64,000 nucleotides of DNA. Origin: Mytilus californianus. Its lineage: Eukaryota. This document shows positions 35,751 through 47,967 of this stretch, one piece after another. The DNA lies in NCBI RefSeq assembly GCF_021869535.1, contig NW_026262701.1:118110001-118174000 (forward strand), written 5' to 3'. The position numbers were made by a program, and so were the translations under genes. Numbering within the stretch: position 1 is the first letter of the stretch; the number at the start of each line of letters is the position of its first letter. The notes beneath the pieces are model-generated. The model had not been told where the DNA came from, searched no databases, and was given only the letters and a program-made list of their open reading frames with translations.

Positions 35751-38700
35751 CTGAAATAATTATTACCAAGCATTAACCAAAATAAAACTGTACTTAACCT
35801 ATCATTAAGTGGTAAATAAATAATAAATAAACAGAGAATATATCTAGAATCTCAATATTTTCAATTAAACACAATGTTCTGACTATTCTGAAACGAATAA
35901 GATTGATACACTGTATTTAAATGTCCCATTTATTTTTTACATTGTATTATTCTCAGGAGCAGACAGAGCAACAACAGTTACAAATATATCATCATCATCC
36001 TAGTTTATAGAGCCTAGTAGTCATTCCGTGTTGCCACTTAAATGAAATGTGGTAAATTTTAGAATTAAGGGACTGTTGTACAAATATTTGTATAACACCA
36101 CATTTTCATGTGAAGTTTTTCAATGAGTTGTGTTCAAATTGTCACACAATTTAATGGCATTAGGAAAGTTACAAAAGATCTCAAGTTGTCATTATGGTTA
36201 AAATACCGTAGGACAAAAATTGTCAAAGTCCTAAAATATAGTCAAATCAGAGAAACTGTATAAAGAGGTCAACTACACACGAGGAAAACAAATTTCAGTA
36301 AGTATGAAGGATTCAGACATAATTGTCTGGGAGGTATTAATGTTAACAAGGTGTTCTTTTATTACAGAACATAAATGGTTATAGCCTCACATTTCATGAA
36401 AACTTATCAATATGGCTGTACAGTATGTTCAACTTCCTTAAGGATGTTCGCTACTCTGTTTCAAAATAACAAGCTTTTTGAAAGACTGTCATAAATAGAT
36501 AGTATATAAATAAAGGAGCTAAAAAAGCAGAAAAAAATGAAGGGTCCGGTGCTTGTTTTCGAGATATAAGCCATTGAAAATTTGGCGGGAAATGATTCTC
36601 TCTAGATTTTTCATACATTTAACATTGGCACCTTTTTTCTTTCAAAAACATTGAAAAAATAACAAGGATTTTATAAGATTTTCAAATATGGCTTTTTAAA
36701 CTATATGTAATAAAATTATGAAAAGAAAAGGAGGGGTTAGTGGACAAAATTTCTTAAAGGAAAAACATTGATAAAACCAGAGGATTCTGAATATCTGACA
36801 AAAAATCAAAAACAAGAGGAGCGAACATCCTTAAATGATAAATAAGTGTGGAAGCTTTCAGACATAGAAGGAATCACAAGTTAGCTACAATATGCCTTTA
36901 AAAGTCACATATCACCATGGCCAGCAACAACTGTCAAATGAAAATGGTTGTATACATTTGTAATGACAAACAATCCTACAAGGTAATTTTGTTGGCAAAT
37001 GATGTCCAACTCTAAAGGTGTAGTAATCACAAGGCGTCAGAATGTAGAATATGGTCAAGCACATATGATGACAAACAATATTTCCAAGTGAGAAAGCTTC
37101 TGGCAAAGAAGTCCAAGATCAGTCGTTTGTTAGGGAGGGACAGTCAAAGACTATTACTCTGTCATTTGCAGCAGAGGACAAAATTAATAAAGTAATTTCA
37201 CTTGTATTTTGGTCATTTTTGGTTCTATCTTTTTATGTTCCATTATTCATAGAAATCTTATAAGTGTTCGATTACAACAGCAACTATGTAATGACAAAAG
37301 CTTATGCATCTAGAACTTTGTAGTACCTTGGCATGTGTAGCATCACTTTTTAAGAAAGTGTCAATACTGCTTCTCAACTTTGCAATTCTTAAATCCCATA
37401 TATCTTTTACAAGGGTTCTAATTTCATCAGCATGTGGAATATCGTCTGTGGCACTGAAAGTATAAAATAATGTTCTTATTCAATGATGATATAATATCCT
37501 CAATTTAAAAAAAAGACAACTGAATGCTGATCATTATCTAACAAATTCTAAATGATAAGGTCTCACTTAATAATTTCAACTAAGTTGAGTTTGTCAATAA
37601 AAAACTGTTTCTTTAATAAAACAAAAATTTTATCAAGGATCTCAAATCTGTCAAAATAGATAAGTTATAACAGTTATCTTATGTTCTTCAATAGAACAAC
37701 ACACACTTGAAAATGATTGACAAAATGTACATAGGTACAATGATTCTGAGTTTATCACTGTAAAGTCAACATAGTGTATCAAAGAACACATATTGTTTAA
37801 TACAAATGTAAACTTGCTTGATGATATGTATAAATTAATACAACATTAACAGCTGTATTATTTTTTTGAAGATGAGTATACAATAACTTACAGTTTCAGT
37901 AACAGCTGTGTTATTATTTTGCTGATGAGTATACAGTATCAAACTTACAATTTAAGTAACAGTTGTGTTATTTCTTTGATGAGTATACTGTGACATGTTT
38001 ACCATTTAAGTAACAGTTGTGTTATTTCTTTGTTGAGTGTACTGTAACTTACAATTTAAGTAACAGTTGTGTTATTTCTTTGTTGAGTATACAGTAACTT
38101 ACCATTTAAGTAATAGCTGTGTTATTTCTTTGTTGAGTATACAGTAACTTACCATTTAAGTAACAGCTGTGTTATTTCTTTGTTAATTATACAGTAACTT
38201 ACCATTTCAGTAACAGCTGTGTTATTTCTTTGTTGAGTATACAGTAACTTACCATTTAAGTAACAGCTGTGTTATTTCTTTGTTAATTATACAGTAACTT
38301 GCCATTTCAGTAACAGCTGTGTTATTTCTTTGTTGATTATACAGTAACTTACCATTTAAGTAACAACTGTGTTATTTCCATGAAATGAGGACTAGGCATC
38401 TCTGTAAAGAACTTGCTATCAGTTTCTTCTTGTTTCTTGTCTTGAAGCCTCTCTAAGAAATAAAACATCTACAGATTAATAAAACTAGGTCACAACTATT
38501 AAAAAATCCACCAACCTTAATATTTTGCCTCATAATATATATATATATATATATAAACAAGAATCTGTATCTATAGGACACCATGGAGTTCACATCATCA
38601 TATTTCTCTGTTCAGTAAGGGAGCGTCTTTTTACCACAGAATACCACAGAACACCAAAAATATACCACAGAACTTCGAAATATAAATACTTCAGACATTA

Positions 38701-41700
38701 TACTATTGTTATTGTTAATTCTTTTTATAATTTGACATTTATTATTCAAATAAATTTTATTTTTCCATTTAGGGTCGACTGACTATCGCTACGCCCCCAA
38801 CTGAATTAACCTATTATTGGGTCTATACCAAAAACACCTACCAGTATTAAAACCAAAATATACAAAAAATATTTAAAGTCACAAGTTAACAATTGTAATT
38901 CTGGGGTATATTTAATTTTGTGACATTTACTTTTTTTTACAGTCAGAGAAAGCTTTATCTGGTAAAGGTGGTAACAAACTTCGAACATATAATTTATTTA
39001 AGAACAGTTTTGAAACGGAAACTTATTGTACAATTCCAATGTCATTTTCACAAAGGAGTTCTTTTGTCAAATTTCAATGTGGTGTAACACCACTAAGAAT
39101 CGAAACAGGGATATTTGAACAAATTACATTTAGAGCAGCGAGTCTGTGATAGTTGTAAGGATATTTTAGAAGATGAAGCCCATGTTATTTTATCGTGTCC
39201 TTTATATGATGATTTTAGAAATCAATTATTTGATGAAGTAACACATTTTAATAGTGATTTTATGTCTTTTGATGATAAACAGAAATTAGTGTTTTTATTT
39301 ACAGATGTTAATATGATTCGCAGCTGTGCCAAACCCTTTTGTTAGAACTTTTTTATATTGCTACTATTAATATTTTCAAACTGCACATTGATGAATTATC
39401 TAATATTTGAACCACTCATTTAGTGTTATGTCACAGGTGTTTGTGAAACTTTTTAATATCATATTTGACAGTGGTATTATTCCTGATATTTGGCTTACTG
39501 GAAATATAATACCTTTATTTAAGAATAAAGGAGACAAACATGATCCTAGCAATTTCAGACCTATAACAGTTATAAGCTGCTTTGGAAAATTATTCACTTC
39601 TATTTTGAATTCACATGTTTATGTTATGTTGTAACTTTTGATGAACTTCTTTGTACCATTGTAACTATATGGTGTTTGAGAAATAAAGAATCTTGTAATG
39701 AAAACTAACTCGTTAGGTTTTATGGATATTTATCTGAAGTTAATAAGCATTATCCCCGGCTTAGTATATTTCTAGGATTCTGATTGGTTAACGCACGTTG
39801 TTACAAAACCCATAGCCCCTGGGTGTTGCTAACCCATATCCCCGGACGTTGCTACCCATTACATCGGGGAATTTCACGCGCGTTATCATTAGTTCCATGG
39901 TTGTTCCTTATGAAATATCGAATTCTGTAGATTTTCCATGATGTCTGTATAATTAAATATTTAATCCACTAACCATTTTATCTTATTATATCGATTATTT
40001 GCACTCATTTAAGTAAATGCATCACTATGCAGCCACATTGTCAATGAATGGTACTACTGACCTAGCTATGCAAATGACCCACGTTGACGTCACACCGTTT
40101 ATGATGTAACTCTCACAACATTGCACGCCAAATTCGACCCATTTCAGTTTCTCTGTCTCTAGTTTAAAAACGTCTTATATTTGTCTACCTGTAGGGTTCT
40201 ACCAAAGGTAGTACCCTACACCCCGTTAAAAAAATGTCAAATGCCCAAATTTCAATAAAAGATATTTAAAAAATGAAAAAAACGTTGCTTTCACGTTTAA
40301 CTTTGTGATCGAATTTCTCTAAAAATCGCCAGATTTAGACTAAGACCAGGGATAAATTCATTATCTACGTTCATATCCGTAGATATGGATATTTTAACAC
40401 CCTTCAGTACCCTGTACACCCTTCGGCTGCGCCTCAGGATGTACTTGGATACTTCAGGGTGTTAAAATATCCATATCTACGGATATGAACGTAGATAACT
40501 TATATTATGTTTCGACAATCTAATCTGATGAATCCCTTTTTATTCAACTATTCATACATGGATTTCTTACAAATGACATACAAGATTTTAGGAAGAATAA
40601 ACCATTTAATTGAATTATACCTTGCATAATCAGATGGCAATTAGAATTCAATCAATTGACAATTTTGTAAATAGTTGATTATTTTGAAATTTATTAACAG
40701 AATTGGGAGAACAAACTGAATCTTAATAGTGTAATTGGCACCGCTAAAATTCATCATGTCAATTTTTCTTTTTATAGAAGAAAGCATTTTTTTTTACAGA
40801 AATTTTTTTTTTTTTTATAGAAAAAGCATTTCTTTTATAGAAAAAAACAATTTTTTATACAAAAACATTCATTTATGGAAAATCATTTTTTTTTCTTATA
40901 GAAAAACTTTTTTTTTACAATAAATTGTTTTAAAAGATTTTTATAAAATATAAAAGTTTAGTATTTCAAAGGTCTCCAAATATAAAAAAAATCTACCAAA
41001 TAACAAAAAAGTTAAGATCATTAAAGAAATTTATATCTCATCCAGGTCAATCGTCCTATCTTTATTGTAGCCCGAATTATAAAAAATAATATATTTCTGA
41101 ATGATTAGTTTTGCATTTTGTAAAGTAATTCAATGTTCTGTGATATATTTTAGTAGTTTTATTGTATTTTGTGTAGTTCTGTGGTATATTTTGGGTGTTC
41201 TGTGGTGTTCTGTGGTATTCTGTGGTGTTCTGTGGTAAAAAGACGTTCCGGTTCAGTAAACCAAGAAATCTGGGTCAAAACCCTAATTTCTCACATACTT
41301 AAAAAAATTTAAATTTTAAAAAGCATAATGAACATGTGTATTTTAAAATGGGACTGACAAACAGACCCCCTGCTAGGACTACAAAATTGGATCAAAATAT
41401 TCCAAACACTTGAGAAAACGTTACAGTAACTTTCATGTATTGTATTGTAGGGAAATGTACAATTCATCATTCTGAATTTACTTATGAATTCCAAGACATA
41501 TACAGCAGATATTCACACATTTCTTATGGGCTTTAATTTCTTTCTTTTATAAAATGTCCTAAAAAGGTGATAGGATCAATATATATGCTGGACAAAAACT
41601 GCAAAATTATGAAATGTTCTTAAACTAGAGGCTCTCAAGAGCCTGTGTCCCTCACCTGTATTTACTGATGCTTTGGAAATAATGTAAAATAAGGTTAAAA

Positions 41701-44700
41701 TCATAATTAATAGTATTAGATATTAGATATTATAATGATATCTAAGATAATAACAAAAAAACTGCAAAATTTTTGTAAAATTACTAACTCAGGGGCAGCA
41801 ACCCAACAATGGGTTGTCTGATTCGTCTGAAAATTTCAGGGCAGATAAATCTAAATCTGATGAACATTTTTGCCACCTGTCAGATTTGCTCTAAATACTT
41901 TAGTTTCAGAGATATAAACCAAAAACTGCATTTTACCCCTATGTTCTATTTCTAACCAAGTCGGCCATGATGGTTGGAAGGCGGGGTCATTAGACAAATT
42001 TTTTAAACTAGATACCCTAATAATGATTATGGCCAAGTATGGTTAAATTTGTCTCAGTAATTTCAGAGAAGATTTTTGTAAAAGATTATAAAAATTTACA
42101 AAAAATTGTTAAAAATTGACTATTAAGGGCAATAACTCCTAAAGGGGGTCGACTGACAATTTTGGTCATGACAACTTATTTGTAGATCTTACTTTGCTGA
42201 ACATTATTGCTGTTTACAGTTTATCTCTATCTATAATAATATTCAAGATAATCACCAAAAACTGCAAAATTTCCTTAAAATTACCAATTCAGGGGCAGCA
42301 ACCCAACAACAGGTTGTCAGATTTGTCTGAAAATTTCAGGGCAGATAGATCTTGACCTGGTTATCAGTTTTACCCTTGTCAGATTTACTCTAAATGCTTC
42401 GGTTTCAGAAATATAAGCCAAAATCTACATTTTACCCCTATGTTCTATTTTTAGCCATGGCGGCCATCTTGGTTGGTTAGTGGGGTCATCGGACACATTT
42501 TTAAAACTAGATACCCTAATGATGATTGTGGCCAAGTTTGGTTAAATTTGGCCCAGTGGTTTCAGAGGAGAAGAATTTTGTAAAAAGCTAACGACGACGG
42601 ACGCCAAGTGATGAGAAAAGCTCACTTGGCCCTTTGGGCTAGGTGAGCTAATAATATAGGAATGGCCTTTAATTTAATATTATAACTGATGCAAAGTCAT
42701 GTTTATAAATATGTTTGTCCTATCATTGGCTAAATACCTGTATCCATCCAATCAGGGGGAATAATCCTACATTTCTGTCCTTGCTTCAGATTAATGGCCA
42801 TCCATAGTGGAACTTTGACAGGTAGCCCAGCATTAAATGGCCCTACATCTCCCTGTAAAATACATTTGAACATTTATTTCAATTTGAAGTTTCATAACAG
42901 TTAGTAATTGTATTCAACACATATTTAGGTCATGTTTCCGCCATTACAATTTTCAGCAAACAAGTTTTAAAATCCTTAGATTTCTTCTGTGATGTCATAA
43001 ACTGCCAATCTGCCAAAGAAAAAAATAATTAGAAAATACACTTGGTTACCAAAAACAGTTTACAATTCATCTTACCTGTTCAGAATACATTTCGACTTTA
43101 ATAGCTGCATGGCTAGATTAACTTTCAATAACATGCAAAGTTGATTATTTCATAAAGAATGGAATTTCCCAAGTCCATCTGAACTCCATAGATGCAAGTC
43201 ATGTCTAGTTGCATTGACACACTGAGATGCTGGCTTACAAATAAATGCCAGCATACAAAATGTGCCAAAAAACCAAACAAATCAGATTAGAACTACCTTT
43301 TCTAGATTTCTAAAATAAACCCACAAGAATTCTACACAAAAAAAGGTCATCAAAATGTGCCAAAGAACCAACATATGATTTTGATAACCAGTTTAAGACA
43401 AGTGCACACACTGAAATTTAAATTTATGTGATACTTGTGTCACATAAAATGTCAATGATCCATAAAAATGAGGTCATGGTCAGAATAACCAAGCCAGACA
43501 GACAGGTACACCTTACAATCATTGCATGCATCAAATATAGTTGACCTTAGATATTACTTCAATAAAAAAAAAAAAACTGGCTCATAATTTTTTTCAAGAC
43601 TAACTTCCAAATCTTATTCTAACTGTCCATTTTACTCAACCATTCTTCACACTATCCATCCTTTTAATCTTTTTCATATAACACATAATCCATTTCTTTC
43701 ACTGTTCCCCTTGGCAAATTTCTGAGCAACTATTGCTTATCTATGCTGTGACTCATAATATTTTGTTTACAATCATGACAATGACCAATGGTAAACAGAT
43801 GCTTTCATCTGAATAAATCATTTTTCTTTCAAAGCACGATAAGGATCCTGATAATTACCCAGGTTTTATCAATTGTTTTACCACCCCCTAGGGAGAATTG
43901 ATGCAAGATACATCAACATTTTTATTTTTGGACTGTTATCTGTTGGACACTACACAATGAGACAAATAAACTGTTAACACAGAGATATGTCTCACCTTTT
44001 TGTTATTTTGATAATGCAAATAATCAAAGTCAATGAACCATGACTGAAGGTACAGGGTTAAACAATCTCAATGGAAATGAGATGTGCCAATGCTAATACA
44101 ACAACCTACCAAATACAATTAATTTTTTATAAGACGTTCCCATTAAACAAACCTAAACACAAACATTTACTCGTAAACTATGTTAAAGTTTCAAAGTCAA
44201 TGAACCATGATGAGTCGGTAGGGCTATATAATCTCCATGGAAATGAGACTTGCAAATGCCAATACATATGCATACCAAATATCATCAACTTAAGTGGTTC
44301 ATCTTAAGCTGATCTAAAATATTTTCCATGGAGATGAGATGTGCTAATGCTTTTACAACTGCATACAAATTATTATAAACCTACCACTCATAGTTCCCCT
44401 TTAACTGACCTAATCACAAATTAATACATGTAAACTTAACAAAAGTTTCAAAGTCAATAGACCATGACTGAGGGGGCAGGGCCAAACAATCTCCATGGAA
44501 ATGAGACATGCCGGCAGGGTTTGAAATTAATGCAGGACCTATAGCCCGAGGCTAGAAGAATTGCGCTCGGTCTAGGCTAAATTGTTTCATCATAGACCAT
44601 GTGTCTCAGGGTTCGACATTAACTTTTATACCAACTTGTCCAGTTGGGCAAGTGCCCTATTACTTTTACTTGTCCGAAAGTGAAATCTACATGCCCAAAC

Positions 44701-47700
44701 TTTTACATACTTTGGTGAATCTTCAATACCATCAAACTTCTTTTTCCAAGACTCAATGAACACTCGTGGCTTCCTTTTTTGTTCATATTTAGCTTTTGAC
44801 TCGGACTGGGAGTCAGATTTCCTTTTTTGAGGAATTCCACTGAAAAAACTTGCCAGGGTTGATTGTTGTGCCATGATGGCAGCAACTAGACTTGACCACT
44901 GAGATACTATGAGGCATATATGAGCCGAGGAGGGAGGGAAAATATCGACGAATATACGGGAATAGGATCATTTACATAGAGATACTTATTTCATAATAAT
45001 TTATCTAAGAAATGCCATTTCAAAAAACGCTTCTTGATAAACTGACAACAACTGACAAATTTGTTAAAGTTTAATTTCATTTTCTCTTTCAAGCATTTAC
45101 GTTTTTCCATCTTAGGGAAATACACATTCGATGTCAAATTCTAAAGTTAGAACAACGAAAATAGACCTCCGCTTTCCATTGGTTGGTGGGAATAACATGT
45201 GCATCGGAAACGCCTGAGTGGTGTCCCCATTGATAACGATAATGACGAAGCAACGCCGCGTCCGCTTGATTGGCCAATATTTCAAACGTGATCTATTTTT
45301 GGTAAAATGGGGAATTCAGTGCGAACAAATGACGAAATATACGCATTGAAGGGAGGTTAAGACCACTTTACTCGACCGTGCAGTGTTATTACTGAGTAAT
45401 CTATGGACAAAACAACAGACAATATTTGTGAAATTTTAATCATATAACACTTTTTTTTTCACTTGCCCGATCAGACAACCAAGATGATGTTTTTACTTGT
45501 CTGAATACGGCATTAACTTGCCCGGGGCAATCGGACAATGGTAAGTGTCAGACCCTGCTGTATAGAATATTTTGTCTTAAAGTTGAAATGCAGAAACTAC
45601 TTGATTCATTGTTTCAAATATAAGTATGTCGAAGATTTCTGGTGAAGGGACTGCACCAATTGCCGTACCTTTTATTTGTTTATATATTTTCCCATCAATT
45701 CAAATTCATTGTTTTCTAAAATGAGTTTCAATAGATGTATTAAAACATTGACTGGCAGAAAATTGACTTCGAAATTTAATTTGTCAAAATTATCATCATG
45801 ATCATAGTCTCCTTCAACTGCACTTAATAGGGCAGCTTGAGGAACATTAGAAACTAAATAGTAACCTGGAACTTGATCATAGTCATTTACGCTCTTTAAT
45901 ATTCAGAAGAAAAGATAGTATTATTTAAAGCATTGATAAGACTGCGAATTTTTATTTAAAGAATGAAAACCGCACGGAATAGAATTTCCAGAAATTGATA
46001 ATCGTAAATTGTCTAGACTACCAAATATCATTAACCTACCACTAGTGGTTCACCATAAACTAGACCTAAACACAAACTAATACATTGTTGATGCCGTCGC
46101 CAGAAACAGCATACCTATGTCTAACTCTTACTTTTTGACTCCGCCAAGGCAAGACAAAAAATGGAAAAAGGATGTAAATCAAGAGTTTCTACTTCACCAT
46201 GGTGATTCTAATTTTAAATAAAATCTTTATTAATTCATTAAACAAACTTGATTTATCTGTATTAAAATTGAATTCATTATTATATTTGTTTATTATAATC
46301 TCATTGCATTTTACTTAAAAGTCATAATTGAAATAGATCCAATTAACAATCTGTAATTAATTGTAAATCTAATTATTTCAAACTTCAACAATATAGAGAT
46401 ACATATAAAAATAAGAAGATATGGTATGATTGCCAATGAGACAACTCTCCACCAAAGACAAATGACAGACATGTCTACACAAGAGGTCAAGCCCTAAATT
46501 GTCTTTATAGACAGTCCGAATTGTCTTTTTCATATACACTCATTTAATCTTTTATAAAGTCAAAACTTTCCTTTAATACTTTGTCTGAACTTATCATTAT
46601 AAACGGTCGAGTTGACTTAATAGGCGGTCTGAATTGACTTATTGACCGTCCGAGTTATCCACATAGACAGTCCAAGTTGTCTTTTCTGTAGACGGTCCTT
46701 GTTGTCTTCTGGTGGAGTTGTCTTGCGCCCCTTCATATACATGTATATAATATGTGCTTTGTTAAATAAAATATTTGAATTTGAATTTTAAATAAAGCCC
46801 TAAATACTTACATGTTCATACTTACTAAACCTTTTCAATTCTCTTAATAAAAATTTAATTGTTACAGATAGCTTAAATATTGTTGTTACTGAAAAGGTTA
46901 GAATTTTCAAAACTGATGATGATGATGGATTGGTATTATAACATCCGGTGACAAATAATATATATATGTATATTTAGGACAGGAACATATTGATGTGGAT
47001 ATGCTTTATTGGTTTAAACGAACTGCCTTTGCCTTTACTCCTCAATGCCACTTGATGAGCAGAGAAACAGAACATACCAATTTAAGCTCTTTTGATTAAT
47101 CTGGTTGGGATCAAACCCCACACCCTCCCTCACTGGAGGAAAGCATGCCAACACGAGACCACCAAGGTCATTTTCAAAATTAACAACATCTAGTACATGC
47201 ATGCAAATCTTGCCACGTCTGCAATTCCCCGTCTTAATCAAACAAATTTAAAATAAAATTGAGAATGGAAATGGGGAATGTGTCAAAGAGACAACAACCC
47301 GACCAAAGAGCAGAAAACAGCCGATGGCATCAATAGGTCTTCAACACAGCGAGAAAATTCAGCATCAGGAGACAAGACTTCAGCTGGCCCCTAAACAAAA
47401 ATGTGTACTAGTTCAGTGAAAATGGACGTCATACTAAACTCCAAAACATATACATGAACTAAAATTAAAAAACATACAAGACTAACAAAGGCCAGGGGCT
47501 CCTGATTTGGGACAGGCGCAAAAATGCGGCGGCGTTAAACGTGTTTTGAGAGATCTCAACCCTCCCCCTATACCTCTAGCCAATGTAACATTTGTGAAAT
47601 AAACATGAAAAATAATACACTTCAAATTATGCTATAAACAATTGTCATGCATCAGAAGCGAATTAAGTGCTCTTGTAATGTTACTACTAACACCTATCAG

Positions 47701-47781
47701 GTATATTTTATCCTGTGTAAAGTTAGGGACGACAGATATTTCCTCTTTTTCAGCAAGAAATTCTACTTCAGCAGGATCCAT
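35631..47781 (-). CDS. GINS2: GINS complex subunit 2 (Psf2), complete gene: complement(join(35631..35750,37327..37453,38353..38452,42738..42852,47692..47781)), 183 aa
   Basis: [30 protein letters not shown]|[38 protein letters not shown]|[33 protein letters not shown]|[43 protein letters not shown]|[39 protein letters not shown]. All introns are GT-AG and the phases add up to 552 nt. Confidence 0.97.
36442..36830. mobile_element. Kolobok-like MITE in GINS2 intron 4
   Basis: TTAA|GGATGTTCGCT ... AGCGAACATCC|TTAA. RR termini with a TTAA TSD are the Kolobok pattern. Confidence 0.85.
37327..37453 (-). CDS. GINS2: GINS2 exon 4 (127 nt)
   Basis: actttcag|T GCC ACA...GCC AAG|gtacta. Confidence 0.95.
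37845..38378. repeat. 50-bp minisatellite spanning the GINS2 exon 3 / intron 3 junction (about 10-11 copies)
   Basis: (a/g)ccattt(a/c)ag at 38101, 38151, 38201, 38251, 38301 and 38351; copies become degenerate toward 37845. Confidence 0.95.
38353..38452 (-). CDS. GINS2: GINS2 exon 3 (100 nt)
   Basis: tttcttag|AG AGG CTT...CTT AAA TG|gtaagt. Confidence 0.95.
38945..39345 (+). mobile_element. LINE ORF2 C-terminus (RTE-X-like) inside the MULE-like element
   Basis: [19 protein letters not shown]...[11 protein letters not shown]/..[27 protein letters not shown], with one frameshift. Confidence 0.85.
39407..39612 (+). mobile_element. LINE RT N-terminal fragment inside the MULE-like element
   Basis: [54 protein letters not shown]. 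Confidence 0.9.
40361..40498. mobile_element. Palindromic element with perfect 43-bp arms
   Basis: 40361-40403 is the reverse complement of 40456-40498; central cttcggctgcgcctc loop. Confidence 0.9.
41623..42651 (-). mobile_element. HINE-like element, two-unit copy
   Basis: Same termini as 30613-31147 with an extra ~500-bp unit. Confidence 0.85.
42738..42852 (-). CDS. GINS2: GINS2 exon 2 (115 nt)
   Basis: ttttacag|GGA GAT...GAT ACA G|gtattt. Confidence 0.95.
44607..45557 (-). mobile_element. hAT-like deletion derivative retaining a transposase-like N-terminal fragment
   Basis: CAGGGTTCGACATT ... AGTGTCAGACCCTG termini and ACTTGYCC subterminal repeats. The minus ORF 44626-44874 ([33 protein letters not shown]) resembles the lead-in of hAT/ZNF862-type transposases. 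No intact TSD. Confidence 0.65.
46910..47170 (-). mobile_element. Degenerate tRNA-headed Meta-domain SINE
   Basis: Minus strand: B-box-like ggtttgatccc, then aattggtatgttctgtttctctgctcatcaagtggcattgaggagtaaaggcaaag, and a (CAT)n tail. Confidence 0.6.
47258..47585 (+). mobile_element. High-copy dispersed repeat, second copy of 22580-22965
   Basis: Colinear similarity with 22580-22965. Confidence 0.85.
47692..47781 (-). CDS. GINS2: GINS2 exon 1 (90 coding nt)
   Basis: ATG GAT CCT GCT GAA GTA GAA TTT...ATA GGT|gttagt. Confidence 0.95.
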
Positions 47782-47904
47782 TCAAGATTTTCGCGGGAGT
47801 TAGGGTCAAGGTTACGTGAATCGATGTTGTTCGAATGATTTGCAGCAAGGAGAAAATGAAAATTTGTCAAACGCTTTTACGAGGCAGACTTGCAACCGGG
47901 CAGT
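47782..47904. promoter_or_regulatory. Compact bidirectional promoter region (GINS2 / TMEM143) with an E2F-like site
   Basis: 123 bp between divergent ATGs, CpG-rich, with TTTTCGCGGGA at 47788-47798. Confidence 0.7.
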
Positions 47905-47967
47905 ATGGCTGTCCTTCTGCTGTCTCGAAAAGCAGGACTTGTAAAACAAGTAGCAAAAGGAGCTAAG
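47905..47967 (+). CDS. TMEM143: TMEM143 probable exon 1
   Basis: agtATGG Kozak; MAVLLLSRKAGLVKQVAKGAK; AAG|GTCTCA phase 0. Alternative in-frame GT donors exist at 47941 and 47950. Confidence 0.55.

Larger units (their letters stand above)
38619..41250. mobile_element. Non-autonomous Mutator/MULE-like element (2.6 kb, 9-bp TSD) in GINS2 intron 2
   Basis: GTTCAGTAA at 38610-38618 and 41251-41259. TIRs gggagcgtctttttaccacagaa / ttctgtggtaaaaagacgttccg with ACCACAGAA subterminal repeats. Confidence 0.85.
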
